A stretch of 64,000 nucleotides of DNA from Candidatus Moraniibacteriota bacterium (GCA_003483065.1 DMWY01000007.1:76962-140961), one strand, 5' to 3'; positions 10,944-21,588 are shown, numbered from the stretch's first letter. Translations and numbers: made by a program. The notes: generated by a model from the sequence alone, not told the origin.

Positions 10944-12305
10944 CTAATTATGATACACCACCACATTATCCGCTTTTAATTTTTTCTTGATGAGATCAAC
11001 CAATTTATCCATACTAACTGTTTCTTGCGCTCCGGTTGTCATATTTTTCACAATTACCGTGCCGTCCAATGATTCCTTTTGACCCAAAATCAAAGTGAAT
11101 TCTACGCCTAACTTATTAGCGATTCTAAGTTGTGATTTCAAACTTCCCCGTCCAAAACTTTCTGCCGTAAGAATGCCATTTTTTTCCAATTCAGAAAATA
11201 GTCTCAAGCTTTTCTTTTTAGCCAGATTTCCCAGTTGAGCGAGAAACACTTTCGGCCTAGGAATTTTGTATGGCTTCGCTTGCACTCTTTTCATTTCCGC
11301 AATTACTCTTTCTACTCCAAAAGCAAAACCAATAGCCGGAGTGTCTTCTCCGCCCATCATTTTGATCAATTTGTCATATCTGCCTCCACCACCCAAAGAC
11401 AATTTCTTGCCTTCTTCAGCACTAGACCAAATTTCAAAAACAGTTTTTGTATAGTAGTCCAAACCACGCACTAAATGCGGGTTGATGATGTAGGGCAAAT
11501 CCAATTCATCCAAATATTCCAAAAGAGTTTTGAAATGCGTTCTACATTCCTCACAAAGATGATCAACTGATTGCGGGGCTAATGCTGCCACTTGTGAACA
11601 TTTGTCTTCTTTGCAATCCAAAACTCGCAAAGGATTAGTATCCATTCTTCTTTTGCAATCCTGGCAAAGTTTTGATTTTTTGGATTCCAGATAATTAACC
11701 AGGAGTTCTTTGTAGTCTTTGCGACAAACCTGACAACCAATAGAATTAACTTGCATCTGCACCGATTTTATCCCTAGAGTTTGAATGATGCGATGAGCAA
11801 TCTGAATCATTTGCGCATCCAAAATTGGATCTTGTTCGCCAAAGGCGTCAAAATTAACTTGAAAATGTTCACGGTATCGTCCTTCTTGCGGTCGGTCATA
11901 ACGATAAACTGGGCCAGTAGAAAAAATCTTGACTGGTTTTGACAAAACATTCATTCCGTTTTGAATGAAACTGCGACAATTACCAGCCGTGAGTTCTGGA
12001 CGAAGCGCCACCTTGTCACCTCCACGGGTGATGAAAGTATACATTTCTTTTTCCACAATATCCGTGCCTTCACCAATACTTCGAGTGAACAAATTGGAAA
12101 ATTCTACAATTGGAGTATCCAATCGCAAAAAACCATAATCTCGTGACAATCTTTCTGATATCCGTCGCACCTGCTCCCAGTATGGCTGATCACTCGGCAA
12201 AATATCTTTCATTCCACGCAAAGTCTGAAGAACTAAGGGCTCTTCCTTACTTTTTTCCGGCTTTGCTCTTTTTATAATTTTCTTGGCATTTTTTTTACTA
12301 TCCAT
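10944..12305 (-). CDS. hisS: Histidine--tRNA ligase
   Basis: RGMKD, LRPELTA, YRYDRPQEGRYR, LVRGLDYY, GGGRYD. Confidence 0.99.
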   Translation of the reverse strand: MDSKKNAKKIIKRAKPEKSKEEPLVLQTLRGMKDILPSDQPYWEQVRRISERLSRDYGFLRLDTPIVEFSNLFTRSIGEGTDIVEKEMYTFITRGGDKVALRPELTAGNCRSFIQNGMNVLSKPVKIFSTGPVYRYDRPQEGRYREHFQVNFDAFGEQDPILDAQMIQIAHRIIQTLGIKSVQMQVNSIGCQVCRKDYKELLVNYLESKKSKLCQDCKRRMDTNPLRVLDCKEDKCSQVAALAPQSVDHLCEECRTHFKTLLEYLDELDLPYIINPHLVRGLDYYTKTVFEIWSSAEEGKKLSLGGGGRYDKLIKMMGGEDTPAIGFAFGVERVIAEMKRVQAKPYKIPRPKVFLAQLGNLAKKKSLRLFSELEKNGILTAESFGRGSLKSQLRIANKLGVEFTLILGQKESLDGTVIVKNMTTGAQETVSMDKLVDLIKKKLKADNVVVYHN

Positions 12306-12444
12306 GATTTTAAATAAAAATAAGTTAATTTGAAATTGAAAAATAGCTCAGGAAATTAGAAAACAGAAAATGGGTCTTTATTTTTTCTATTTTTCTTTTC
12401 TCTTAAACTAATTTCTATTTTCTTCTTCACTTTTTTCAAATATA

Positions 12445-13041
12445 TTAATATACTGAAATTTTGTCTAGTGGCCAAGCACGCACTAACACTTCACCGATGA
12501 TATCATTTTTTGGCACCGGCCCCCAAACCCTAGAATCACTGCTGAATTGTCGATTGTCGCCTAGAACAAAATATTGATTGTCTTTTAGTGTTATCGCGAT
12601 GTCTCCTTTAGTTGGAGTGCCAAGTGGAATGTAGGCTTTTTCATCTAGAATAAATCCGTCTGAATGCTCGGAGTTAAAAATAGTAATCTCATTGTTTTTT
12701 ATCTGCACTTTTTCTCCCGGTAAGCCAATGACGCGTTTGATGAAAAATTTCTTCGAATCAAGCGGGTAACGAAAAACTATTGGGTGTTGACGATCAAGAT
12801 CTTTGAACGAATCGATATTGAAAATTTTCAAATCGGTTTCCTTAAAACCAAATTCATTAATAATCAAATATTGCCCATCTTCAAAATTAGGCTCCATTGA
12901 AGCACCTTGAACAAAAAATGGCTGAAACAAAAAAACTCGTATTGGCACAATCACGATAAAAGCCAGTGCCACGATCTTTATTATCTCCAATATGAATTCC
13001 CCTACTCCCTGATAGGAATAGTCTGTATTTTCCTCTTTCAT
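12445..13041 (-). CDS. lepB: Signal peptidase I
   Basis: G.SMEPN, IKRVIGLPG, GDNR..SSDSR.WG. Confidence 0.97.
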   Translation of the reverse strand: MKEENTDYSYQGVGEFILEIIKIVALAFIVIVPIRVFLFQPFFVQGASMEPNFEDGQYLIINEFGFKETDLKIFNIDSFKDLDRQHPIVFRYPLDSKKFFIKRVIGLPGEKVQIKNNEITIFNSEHSDGFILDEKAYIPLGTPTKGDIAITLKDNQYFVLGDNRQFSSDSRVWGPVPKNDIIGEVLVRAWPLDKISVY

Positions 13042-13142
13042 TGCTTTATCTTAACAGATAAAAGCCCTTTTGGCAAGGGCAACTTTAGGCTTAAATTAGC
13101 CAAAGATTGACTAATCCTCTTTGCCAGTTTATTATTAAAATA

Positions 13143-14567
13143 ATGACAAGAAAAAATATTTTTATAAAACTTATTTTGACCTTAGCTTTCCTCATAATAA
13201 CTATTGGCGTTGTTCATGGAGCCTTTTTTATTTGGAAAATAGCCAACACGGAAAATAAGATAAGCGTGAAAAATGAAAAAGATGCTTCTTTTCTTAGTAC
13301 CTTCAAAGATATCGTGGCTCCCAGTAAAATCAAACTCAAGGGAATGAGTGATGACAGAATTAATATTTTGCTTTTAGGCATTGCCGGCAAAGGCAAACCC
13401 GGCAACAATCTAACTGACACTATTATGATTGCAAGTTTTAACACTAAAACTGGTAAGGTTGCTTTGCTTTCTATCCCGCGCGATTTGTATGTGGAAATTC
13501 CCGAGATGAACTATCAAGGGAAAATAAATTCCGTTTATGAATATGGTTTGCGAAATTTTTCAGATGATAATAAAAGCTCTATGGAACCAATTAAAAAAGT
13601 AATTAGGAATATTACCTCACTCGACATTGATTATTGGGCGGTAATTAATTTTGATGGTTTTCAAAAGGCCGTTGATGCTATCGGCGGAATAAATATAACT
13701 AATGAAAGAGATATTCTTGATACGCGCTACCCAGGACCAAATTATAGTTATGAAACTTTTGAACTTTCTAAAGGTTTCCATCATTTGGACGGTGCCACAG
13801 CTTTGAAATATGCCAGAATGCGTCACAACGATCCAGAAAGTGATTTTGGCCGAGCTAAAAGACAACAGCAAGTTATGCAAGCTGTCAAAAACAAAATTTT
13901 TTCTACAGGCACGCTACTCAACGCCGTAGCGATCAATCAGTTTTTAAACACTTTAGGAGAAAATGTCAAAACTAATATTTCTAGTTCGGAATTTGGAGAT
14001 TTTCTCACGTTGATCAAAAATTTAGACACTAACAATATTAACAATGTTGTGCTCGATGCTTGGAAAAGCGACAGCTTGCTTCGGGGTTCACATATGGCGG
14101 GAATTTCGGCGCTTATCCCTCGCGTTGGCAATTGGAGCGAAGTCCAAGATTTGGCGCAAAATATTTTTGATACTAATGAAATCACTAGAACGCGAGAAGA
14201 AATTGCCAAAGAAAATGCTTCAGTGGTTGTGATCAATAGAAGTGGAAATAGCGTCGTCATAAATCAAATTAACAAACTATTGAAAAATAGTTTTGGATAT
14301 AAAAATGTTGTCATTCTTTCTGATTCAGAAAAAAATGTGAATGACGAAACTTTGGTTTATGATTTGACCGGAAAAAACAAACCTTTCACCCAAAACGAAC
14401 TAATGAAAAAATTGCCCGCTAAGAATGGTGGGGTTCTAGAAACTAAAGACAAAAATTCACTTGGTAATGTGAGCGCTGATTTGGTTTTGATTATAGGTCA
14501 AGATCTCATCCCTCGATTCTCTCTGGCGGAAGTGAGCTTTAAGGATTATAATGAAGACAGCGAATAA
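13143..14567 (+). CDS. LCP (LytR-CpsA-Psr) family protein with LytR C-terminal domain
   Basis: NILLLG, TDTIM, LSIPRD, KIN, AL.YARMRH, DFGRAKRQQQV; start taken at MTRK (ORF track starts at 13107). Confidence 0.93.
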   Translation: MTRKNIFIKLILTLAFLIITIGVVHGAFFIWKIANTENKISVKNEKDASFLSTFKDIVAPSKIKLKGMSDDRINILLLGIAGKGKPGNNLTDTIMIASFNTKTGKVALLSIPRDLYVEIPEMNYQGKINSVYEYGLRNFSDDNKSSMEPIKKVIRNITSLDIDYWAVINFDGFQKAVDAIGGINITNERDILDTRYPGPNYSYETFELSKGFHHLDGATALKYARMRHNDPESDFGRAKRQQQVMQAVKNKIFSTGTLLNAVAINQFLNTLGENVKTNISSSEFGDFLTLIKNLDTNNINNVVLDAWKSDSLLRGSHMAGISALIPRVGNWSEVQDLAQNIFDTNEITRTREEIAKENASVVVINRSGNSVVINQINKLLKNSFGYKNVVILSDSEKNVNDETLVYDLTGKNKPFTQNELMKKLPAKNGGVLETKDKNSLGNVSADLVLIIGQDLIPRFSLAEVSFKDYNEDSE

Positions 14568-14656
14568 TCAAAAAACATTTTAGCATACTAACATTTTAGC
14601 AAAATACATATCGATATTTGTTAAAATGCTAAGATGTTAAAATGTTAAAATGCTTT

Positions 14657-15274
14657 ATGAAGATTATTATTGGCCTCGGCAATCCAGAAAAAAAATATGA
14701 ACTCACTCGTCACAACGCTGGGTTTATGTTGGTGGATAAATTACAAAGCCAATGGGAATTCCCTGATTTTGAATTTAACAAAAAATTCAACGCCGAAATT
14801 TCCAAAAATAATTTAGATTTGTCATTGCGAGCACAGCGAAGCAATCTCGAAATATCAAACGAGATTGCCACGTCGCCTACAGCTCCTCGCAATGACGATG
14901 TGCTCCTCGTCAAACCCCAAACATACATGAATCTTTCCGGCTCATCCGTCAAAACAATTTTGGATTTCTACAAACTTTCTTCTGATGACATCCTCGTCAT
15001 CCACGACGACATCGACATTCCACTGGGGAAATATAAAATCGCCACCGATTCATCTTCCGCCGGCCACAACGGCGTCCAAAATATCATCGACCAACTCGGC
15101 ACCCAAAAATTCCGTCGTTTTCGAATTGGTATCGGTCAAGAGAAAGAAGGCGCTCTAGTTTGTCGCCTTGGTGTTCATGATTTTGTCCTCGAAAAATTCA
15201 CCCCCGAAGAACTCGAAACGATAGAAAAAATATCCGAAGATATTTTGGAAGAAATCAACAAATTAATTACGTAA
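14657..15274 (+). CDS. pth: Peptidyl-tRNA hydrolase with an in-frame palindromic insertion
   Basis: IIGLGNP..Y..TRHNAG, KPQTYMNLSG, HDDID, GHNG. Confidence 0.97.
   Translation: MKIIIGLGNPEKKYELTRHNAGFMLVDKLQSQWEFPDFEFNKKFNAEISKNNLDLSLRAQRSNLEISNEIATSPTAPRNDDVLLVKPQTYMNLSGSSVKTILDFYKLSSDDILVIHDDIDIPLGKYKIATDSSSAGHNGVQNIIDQLGTQKFRRFRIGIGQEKEGALVCRLGVHDFVLEKFTPEELETIEKISEDILEEINKLIT
14821..14896. repeat. RPE-like palindromic element inserted in frame in pth
   Basis: gtcattgcgag...ctcgcaatgac terminal inverted repeat and gcaatctc/gagattgc inner stem; encodes SLRAQRSNLEISNEIATSPTAPRND. Confidence 0.85.
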
Positions 15275-15322
15275 TTTAATACTTATTATATATCTTACTT
15301 TTTTTCTCAAGCCGAGAAACTC

Positions 15323-15725
15323 CTCGCCATTTTTCTTTTCCCAAAAGAAAAGTGGCAAAAAAGAAAAAGGCCATCCGAGCTCATAGAAAGATAAATTTTC
15401 AACTTTTTCGCTAAAATTTATAACTCGGCCCGACCAAATGCGTCGGACCTCAAACAGAATAAATTTCTTAACGCGAAAAAATTTCAATTTATTTCTTTCT
15501 ATTTCGCAAGGATGGGACAAAAATGCAAAATTATTTTTTTCTTAAATTCAGCCTTGCGAAACGTGCCATTATAAATTCAAGTGAGCTGGCGTTAAAAATT
15601 TACTCATTTGTGTCCTTTTAGTGGAGTTTAGTAAATTTAGCCAGCGAACGAAGAATTTATTGGCGCGTGAGCTCGGCTGAGAGTTCTTTTTGTTACTTTT
15701 TCTTGCGGAAAGAAAAAGTAAAGAA
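15323..15725. other. Large imperfect palindromic structured element
   Basis: Nested pairings ccgagctca/tgagctcgg, ttaacgc/gcgttaa, tttcgcaagg/ccttgcgaaa, plus mirrored terminal hairpins. Confidence 0.6.
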
Positions 15726-15795
15726 AAAGCCATTAAAAAAAGGAGTCCTAGGTGCTAGCGACTCCAATTTTTGCCAGACTCCTCCAAGTCTGGTC

Positions 15796-16155
15796 TTATT
15801 TTTTTTCCGGCCGAGTTCTTTGTTTTAATAAAAAATCAATATTTTCCTTGATTAGATTCAGCTCATCCACATTCAATTTAAACAATCGACTAATCATTTC
15901 CACTAAATGTTCGTCCTTTGAATAATAAATCTCCTTTCCGCTGGAAATTTCATCCCAAGGAAGTTCAGGGAATGCCTTCTTAATAAGATCGGCAGTTCCT
16001 GTTTTTGGTTTATATTTTCCAGTCTCATAATGAGAAACCGTTTGCTTCGAGATTCCGATTTTTTCTGCCAACTCCATTTGATTTAAGGAATATTTACCTC
16101 TTATCATTTTTAATAAACCAACCCAATCCACTCTTTTTGTATTTTTCATAACCAC
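15796..16155 (-). CDS. XRE-family helix-turn-helix transcriptional regulator
   Basis: LNQMELAEKIGISKQTVSHYETG.YKP. Confidence 0.9.
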   Translation of the reverse strand: MVMKNTKRVDWVGLLKMIRGKYSLNQMELAEKIGISKQTVSHYETGKYKPKTGTADLIKKAFPELPWDEISSGKEIYYSKDEHLVEMISRLFKLNVDELNLIKENIDFLLKQRTRPEKK

Positions 16156-16419
16156 TCCTTTTTTAAAGGGTATTTATTTTTTAAATAAACTTTTTTTGTC
16201 TTCCACAATTCCACGTACAAGATTGTATCTTTCTGAAAATTATTCCAAAAAAATACGTTTTACCTACCGGCAAAAACTAAGGAGGGTGTTTTTGCTTTGG
16301 AACTTGCACATGGAATTGCGAAAGCCAAAAGGCTTATCTAAAGGAAATTTCACTTATTGATGATCTTATGTACGATATATGAGTATAGCAGGTTTTGGGG
16401 GTTTTGTCAAGAAATTCGT

Positions 16420-17502
16420 CTTAAATTCTATTCTGAAGTGCAATTTCCTTTTAAATAAAAGACATCTCGTAGTAAAGTTAAATAGTTACGTCAAATAACT
16501 AATTATTAACCCTAAACAAGATGTCCTATCAACAGCTTACCTTAAAGCAGAGATTTCAGCTAGAAACTCTATTGGAAACAATGCAAGTTCATAAACATAT
16601 TGCACAGTGGATGGATGTGAATGAATCTACCATTAGCCGAGAATTAAATCGCAATAGTGAGAATGGAAAATATGAAGCACGCCATGCTCACTCGTTGTCA
16701 TTCAGAAGAAGAAAGTCTGCTAAGAGTAAATCTAAGAAATTATTAAACAATACAACTATTCATAATTACGTAAAAGAAAAATTAAAATTGTACTGGTCGC
16801 CAGAACAGATTGCCGGACGAGGAAGAAAAGAAAGTGGAATAATCATTTGTTATGAAACTATCTATCAATTTATCTATGAAGAAAAACCCGAATGGAAAAA
16901 ATATCTCCGTCAGAAGAAAGGAAAATATCGTCGACGTCATGGCACTAAAGCACGAGAAAAGGCTCGTGAAGAGGCTAAAAAGATGCGCATTGATAAGCGT
17001 GATGCTGTTGTAGAGAAAAGAGAAAGATTGGGAGATTGGGAGGGAGATACTATTGTCGGCGGAGAAAGACATACTGGGATATTAACTCATGTAGACAGGA
17101 AAAGTGGATACTTATTAGGAGATCTTTTTAAACAGAAACGAGCAGAGGTGATTAAGGAAAAAACTGTAAAAAGTTTTAACAATATTCCTGAAGATAAAAA
17201 GCATACAATCACTTATGATAATGGGTTAGAATTTTCTCAATATGAGTTTATTAAGAGAGACACTAAAATGGAAATATATTTCGCTTACCCATATCATAGT
17301 TGGGAAAGAGGTACTAATGAAAATACCAATGGGCTTCTAAGACAATTCTTCCCTAAAAAAAGTATGTTTGCTACACTAAAACAAAAGACGGTGGATAATG
17401 CAGTTACGCTTATCAACCACCGCCCAAGAAAAAGACTTGATTATTTAACTCCTTACGAGGTTTTTATCGAAGGAAAAGTTGCAGTTCAAGCTAGAAAGTA
17501 AG
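16420..17502 (+). mobile_element. IS30-family insertion sequence
   Basis: Imperfect terminal IRs (cttaaattctattctgaagtgcaa / ttgcagttcaagctagaaagtaag), 3-bp CGT duplication, IS30 transposase. Confidence 0.85.
16521..17501 (+). CDS. IS30-family transposase
   Basis: STISREL.RN, WSPEQIA, GDWEGDT, TYDNG.EF, SWERGTNENTNGLLRQFFPK. Confidence 0.97.
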   Translation: MSYQQLTLKQRFQLETLLETMQVHKHIAQWMDVNESTISRELNRNSENGKYEARHAHSLSFRRRKSAKSKSKKLLNNTTIHNYVKEKLKLYWSPEQIAGRGRKESGIIICYETIYQFIYEEKPEWKKYLRQKKGKYRRRHGTKAREKAREEAKKMRIDKRDAVVEKRERLGDWEGDTIVGGERHTGILTHVDRKSGYLLGDLFKQKRAEVIKEKTVKSFNNIPEDKKHTITYDNGLEFSQYEFIKRDTKMEIYFAYPYHSWERGTNENTNGLLRQFFPKKSMFATLKQKTVDNAVTLINHRPRKRLDYLTPYEVFIEGKVAVQARK

Positions 17503-18456
17503 CGTAATAGCCCAATAGCTTGGAAACGTTTTCTGGTATAAAATAGCCAGTTAATAAATAACGTTTCCAATATGTATACAATCAATCCTCAGATGCCAAA
17601 ACTTCGAGCCAAGGCAGTTAATATGGTTTTGTCAGGTAAATCAGTTAGTTCTGTAGCTAGATATTTTGGATATAGTAAGGGTGCAGTTAGCAAATGGGTA
17701 AAGAAATCCCCATCGGGTGGAGTTAACTACATTCCAACTGAATCATCTCGTCCGCATCATCATCCCAAAGAGCTTTCTGAAGAAACGGTGGATAAAATTA
17801 TTGAGTATAAAAAGAAATATAATCGGTGTAGTGAGGTTATTCATCAACATCTAAAAAATGATGGGATTGATATAAGCTTAAATAGTGTTAAGAGAAAATT
17901 GGATTATGCTGGATTAATTAAGAAACGCAGTCCTTGGAAGAAAATATATAAAGCTATAGATCGTCCTGAAGCCTTAAAACCTGGGGATTTAGTAATGGTG
18001 GATACAATTCATCTAATGGTTAGCAAAAGAAAGAGAATTTATGTTTACACGCTAATTGATGTTTATTCTCGCTGGTGTTATGCTCTAGCAACAGAAAAGA
18101 TTAGTGCAGGGAAAAGTGTGCAGTTTTTGAAAAAAGCTCAGGCCTTAGCAGATTTTAAATTTAATTGTATTCAATCCGATAATGGAAGTGAGTTTTCTCA
18201 ATACTTCAGTAAACGAATTAAGATTCTGCACAGACATTCTAGGGTTAGAAAACCAAATGATAATTCTTACGTAGAGAGATTTAATCGAACTCTACAAGAA
18301 GAATGTTTACGAATTGTTCCAACTAATGTTAAAATATTTAACAGAACATTGCCAGTCTATTTGAATTACTACAATTCTGAAAGATTGCACATGGGTATTA
18401 ATTTTCAAACACCAAATCAATTAATTAATTGTTTCCAAGCTATTGGATAGAAGGCG
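17503..18456 (+). mobile_element. IS481-like insertion sequence (original left tip at 16417, displaced by IS30)
   Basis: Perfect 16-bp IR ccaatagcttggaaac (17512-17527 / 18431-18446); GAAATT at 16411-16416 and 18457-18462. Confidence 0.8.
17572..18450 (+). CDS. IS481-family DDE transposase
   Basis: N-terminal HTH, SSRPH, D...QSDNGSEF...N.YVERFNRTLQEE, YN.ER.H. Confidence 0.93.
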   Translation: MYTINPQMPKLRAKAVNMVLSGKSVSSVARYFGYSKGAVSKWVKKSPSGGVNYIPTESSRPHHHPKELSEETVDKIIEYKKKYNRCSEVIHQHLKNDGIDISLNSVKRKLDYAGLIKKRSPWKKIYKAIDRPEALKPGDLVMVDTIHLMVSKRKRIYVYTLIDVYSRWCYALATEKISAGKSVQFLKKAQALADFKFNCIQSDNGSEFSQYFSKRIKILHRHSRVRKPNDNSYVERFNRTLQEECLRIVPTNVKIFNRTLPVYLNYYNSERLHMGINFQTPNQLINCFQAIG

Positions 18457-18523
18457 GAAATTCAAAAAGACCCTTAGCGTCTAACTTGACGCTAAGGGTA
18501 AGAAAAGGGTAAGAAAATATAAT

Positions 18524-19063
18524 CTAATTATTTATTAACTTAAAATTCCACTTCCATTCTTTCGAGTGTTTGGCATAGTCAACACCCACTCTTTTCGATT
18601 TTAGAATTTTTCTTTTTGAGATATTTCCTTTTTCCACCCAGAGAATTTCTTGTTGTGTGATGTCTATTCCATTTAATTCTCCATTTATTCCAAAAAATTT
18701 TGTGAGCTTGGCTGGGCCATCCAGTTTTCTGACTATCTCCCCTTTTTCATCCAAAATATTTGCTCCGCGAATGAGCACCGCAGCCGGGAAATCTTTTTCT
18801 TCCGTGACAATATTTAGCATCCAGTGCATGCCATAGACTAAATAGGTGTACGCGTGTCCGGCCTCTCCAAACATCAACTCATTCCTCTTGGTTTTTCCGC
18901 GAGATGCATGCGACGCTGTGTCATCAAATCCGCGATAGGCTTCGGTTTCTGTGATCATTGTCCTAATTATCTTTTTGCCTTTTTTTCGAACCAAAAAACA
19001 ACCCAGCAACTCTTGGGCGACTTTCAGAGTATTTTGACTGTAAAAGCTTTTTTCAAGAATCAT
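18524..19063 (-). CDS. mpg: DNA-3-methyladenine glycosylase (MPG/AAG family)
   Basis: ITETEAY.G.DD.ASHA, Y.YLVYGMH..LNIVT, AVLIR, GP.KLT, R.GV; likely start MILEK. Confidence 0.95.
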   Translation of the reverse strand: MILEKSFYSQNTLKVAQELLGCFLVRKKGKKIIRTMITETEAYRGFDDTASHASRGKTKRNELMFGEAGHAYTYLVYGMHWMLNIVTEEKDFPAAVLIRGANILDEKGEIVRKLDGPAKLTKFFGINGELNGIDITQQEILWVEKGNISKRKILKSKRVGVDYAKHSKEWKWNFKLINN

Positions 19064-19112
19064 ATCCTTTTTGTACTTTTGTATTTTTGTATAATTTTGT
19101 AATTTTGTAGGT

Positions 19113-20291
19113 TTAAAAATACTTCCTTCCCTCCAACTCTTTTGGAAAGTATTCCTGCGTTGAACTATCTTCTTTTGGAGTGTATTTATAATTTTTGGCA
19201 TAACCTAAATCTTTCATTAGTTTTGTCGGAGTGTTTCGAATGTGAAACGGCACCGGCAGATTGCCAAATTTTTCCACATCACTTTTAGCTTTAGTATAAG
19301 CTTCATAGGCGGTGATGTCTTTTTTGCTTTTGGATAGATAGATAACGCATTGTGCCAAGTGCACATTGCATTCCGGCGCGCCTAGTTTGTGGCAAGCGTC
19401 AAAAACTGCATTGGCTAAAATCAAAGCGGTGTTGTTGGCCAAGCCCACATCCTCTGAGGCAAAACGCACCAAACGACGCGCGATATAGATTGGGTCTTCC
19501 CCACCTTCAAGCATGCGTGCCATCCAATAAACAGCCGCGTTAGCATCCCCTCCTCGCATTGATTTGTGCAAAGCAGAAATAATATTATAATGCTCTTCGC
19601 CATTTTTATCATAGAGCAAATGTGTCTTTTGAAAAACTTCTTTGATTTTTTCCACTGAAATTTCTTTGTTTTTTTGACTAAACAAAATATCCAAAACATT
19701 GAGCGCCGTGCGAGCGTCACCGTTGGCCATGCGTGCCAAAAAAGCGATTGACTCCTTGCCTATCTTAGTTTTTATAATCTTAACTGCCCGAGAAATTATT
19801 TTTTCCAAACTCTCCTGCGATAATTTTTCCAAAACAAACACACGCGTGCGTGAAAGCAAAGCGCTGTTGACTTCAAAGCTAGGATTTTCTGTGGTAGCAC
19901 CAATAAGTGTTATCACACCCTTCTCTACGCTCGGCAAAAGGGCATCTTGTTGGCTTTTGTTCCAACGATGAATCTCATCAATGAACAAAATAGTCTTTTT
20001 ATTTTTGAGTTGATTGTTTCTCGCCTTGGCCACAACTTCCACCAAATCTTTTTTTCCGCTAGAGGTGGCGCTCAGTGTAATAAATTCCGAGCCGGTATTT
20101 TTGGCAATAATATGTGAGAGTGTTGTTTTTCCTGATCCCGGAGGTCCCCAAAGAATCATTGACGGCACGCTATCATTTCCAATTGCATTTGAGAGAAAAG
20201 ATTTATCTCCGATCAATTTTTCTTGCCCAAAAAAATCCTCGAGATTTTCCGGACGAATTCGATCAGCCAGTGGAATATTTTCTTCGTTCAT
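19113..20291 (-). CDS. rarA: Replication-associated recombination protein A
   Basis: [39 protein letters not shown]. Confidence 0.98.
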   Translation of the reverse strand: MNEENIPLADRIRPENLEDFFGQEKLIGDKSFLSNAIGNDSVPSMILWGPPGSGKTTLSHIIAKNTGSEFITLSATSSGKKDLVEVVAKARNNQLKNKKTILFIDEIHRWNKSQQDALLPSVEKGVITLIGATTENPSFEVNSALLSRTRVFVLEKLSQESLEKIISRAVKIIKTKIGKESIAFLARMANGDARTALNVLDILFSQKNKEISVEKIKEVFQKTHLLYDKNGEEHYNIISALHKSMRGGDANAAVYWMARMLEGGEDPIYIARRLVRFASEDVGLANNTALILANAVFDACHKLGAPECNVHLAQCVIYLSKSKKDITAYEAYTKAKSDVEKFGNLPVPFHIRNTPTKLMKDLGYAKNYKYTPKEDSSTQEYFPKELEGRKYF

Positions 20292-20401
20292 AATTTTAGT
20301 TTATAGTGATATTGTATCATTTATTTATTTTTAAATCAACCCAACAAAAAAGCCCGCTTTTATGGACTTTTATAGCTTATTAAATAATTTTAAAACTAAA
20401 A

Positions 20402-21409
20402 TCACAAACCATATTTGTGTCGATTGGCTACATGTTCCGCAAAAGTCGCAGAAAAAATAACTTCTTTTTTTCCATTAATTGTGACAGTGAGAAAAAAATT
20501 ATACTTTGAAGCGGTTGGATAAATAGCTGCAGTTATAGCGTTTATTCCTGGATTAGAAATTGGGGTTGGTGGAAGTCCGATGTTTCGATAGGTATTATAG
20601 GGAGAATCAAGCTCTAAATCTTTGCCACTGTGCTGATCATTAGTATCTTGCAAAATATACGAAAGTGGCGCGTCACTCTCCAATCTTTGGCCATTTGCAA
20701 TTCTTTTCCAAAAAATTCCACTGGCCGTTTTCATATCCTCTGCCGTTTGTACTTCTTTTTCGACAATACTGGCCATGATAATAATTTCACTGATGGATTT
20801 ATCTTGCTTTAGAATATCCTGTCTCATTTGCTCAGTCAATTTTTGATCAAAAGTGTCCAGCAGTCTTGCGACGATATCTTTGGCCGGAGTATCTTTTTTG
20901 AAAAAATAAGTATCCGGAAAAAGAAAGCCTTCTAAGGTTTTGATCTTTTCTGGAGTCAAATAGCTATAGCGTTTTTTCAGTTCTCCTGGATTATCCACAA
21001 TCGACAAAAATTCTTTACCTGGTAAATTATTGGCAGTTAATTTTTCCCCCATTTGACGCGCGGTAAAACCTTCCGGAAAAGTAATTTTGATAAACTTTTC
21101 TTCGCTATTGATTATAGTTTGAACAATTTCTGGAATTGTCATGTTGCCGGAAAATTCATAGATGTCTGGCATTATCTTATCAGAAAGTTTTTGCGATTTT
21201 ATATAATAATAGAAATAGATTTCTCCGGAAATTAAATTCGCTTCTTTTAATTTTGTGGCCACTTCCTTATTTCCATCGCCCTTGGTAATTTCCAAAGTTT
21301 TTGTGTCAGAAAATTTCCCATGCGAATAATAGACAAGGTATCTAAAATAAAAAAACCCACTAAGAAGTAGCGGAAGGACTAATGAAATTATTATAATCTT
21401 TTTTTTCAT
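20402..21409 (-). CDS. mltG: Endolytic transglycosylase MltG
   Basis: TFPEG, LEGFLFPDTY, ASIVEKE, SPYNTY..GLPPTPISNPG. Confidence 0.97.
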   Translation of the reverse strand: MKKKIIIISLVLPLLLSGFFYFRYLVYYSHGKFSDTKTLEITKGDGNKEVATKLKEANLISGEIYFYYYIKSQKLSDKIMPDIYEFSGNMTIPEIVQTIINSEEKFIKITFPEGFTARQMGEKLTANNLPGKEFLSIVDNPGELKKRYSYLTPEKIKTLEGFLFPDTYFFKKDTPAKDIVARLLDTFDQKLTEQMRQDILKQDKSISEIIIMASIVEKEVQTAEDMKTASGIFWKRIANGQRLESDAPLSYILQDTNDQHSGKDLELDSPYNTYRNIGLPPTPISNPGINAITAAIYPTASKYNFFLTVTINGKKEVIFSATFAEHVANRHKYGL

Positions 21410-21588
21410 TATAATTTAACTTTTTTTATTAAAACTTCAAATATCTAATCCCCAATTTCTAATTTCCAATGAAATGTCTAATGTTGAATTTTTAAATTTA
21501 ACATTTTATTAGAAATTAGACATTAGAAATTGGAAATTAAATATTGAAAAACTTTTTTATAATAATAAAACAAAAAAAATACATCCGG

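Noticed and set aside
19064-19201. Long N-terminus of MPG overlapping rarA
   Set aside because: Overlaps rarA and a low-complexity repeat; the likely start is 19063
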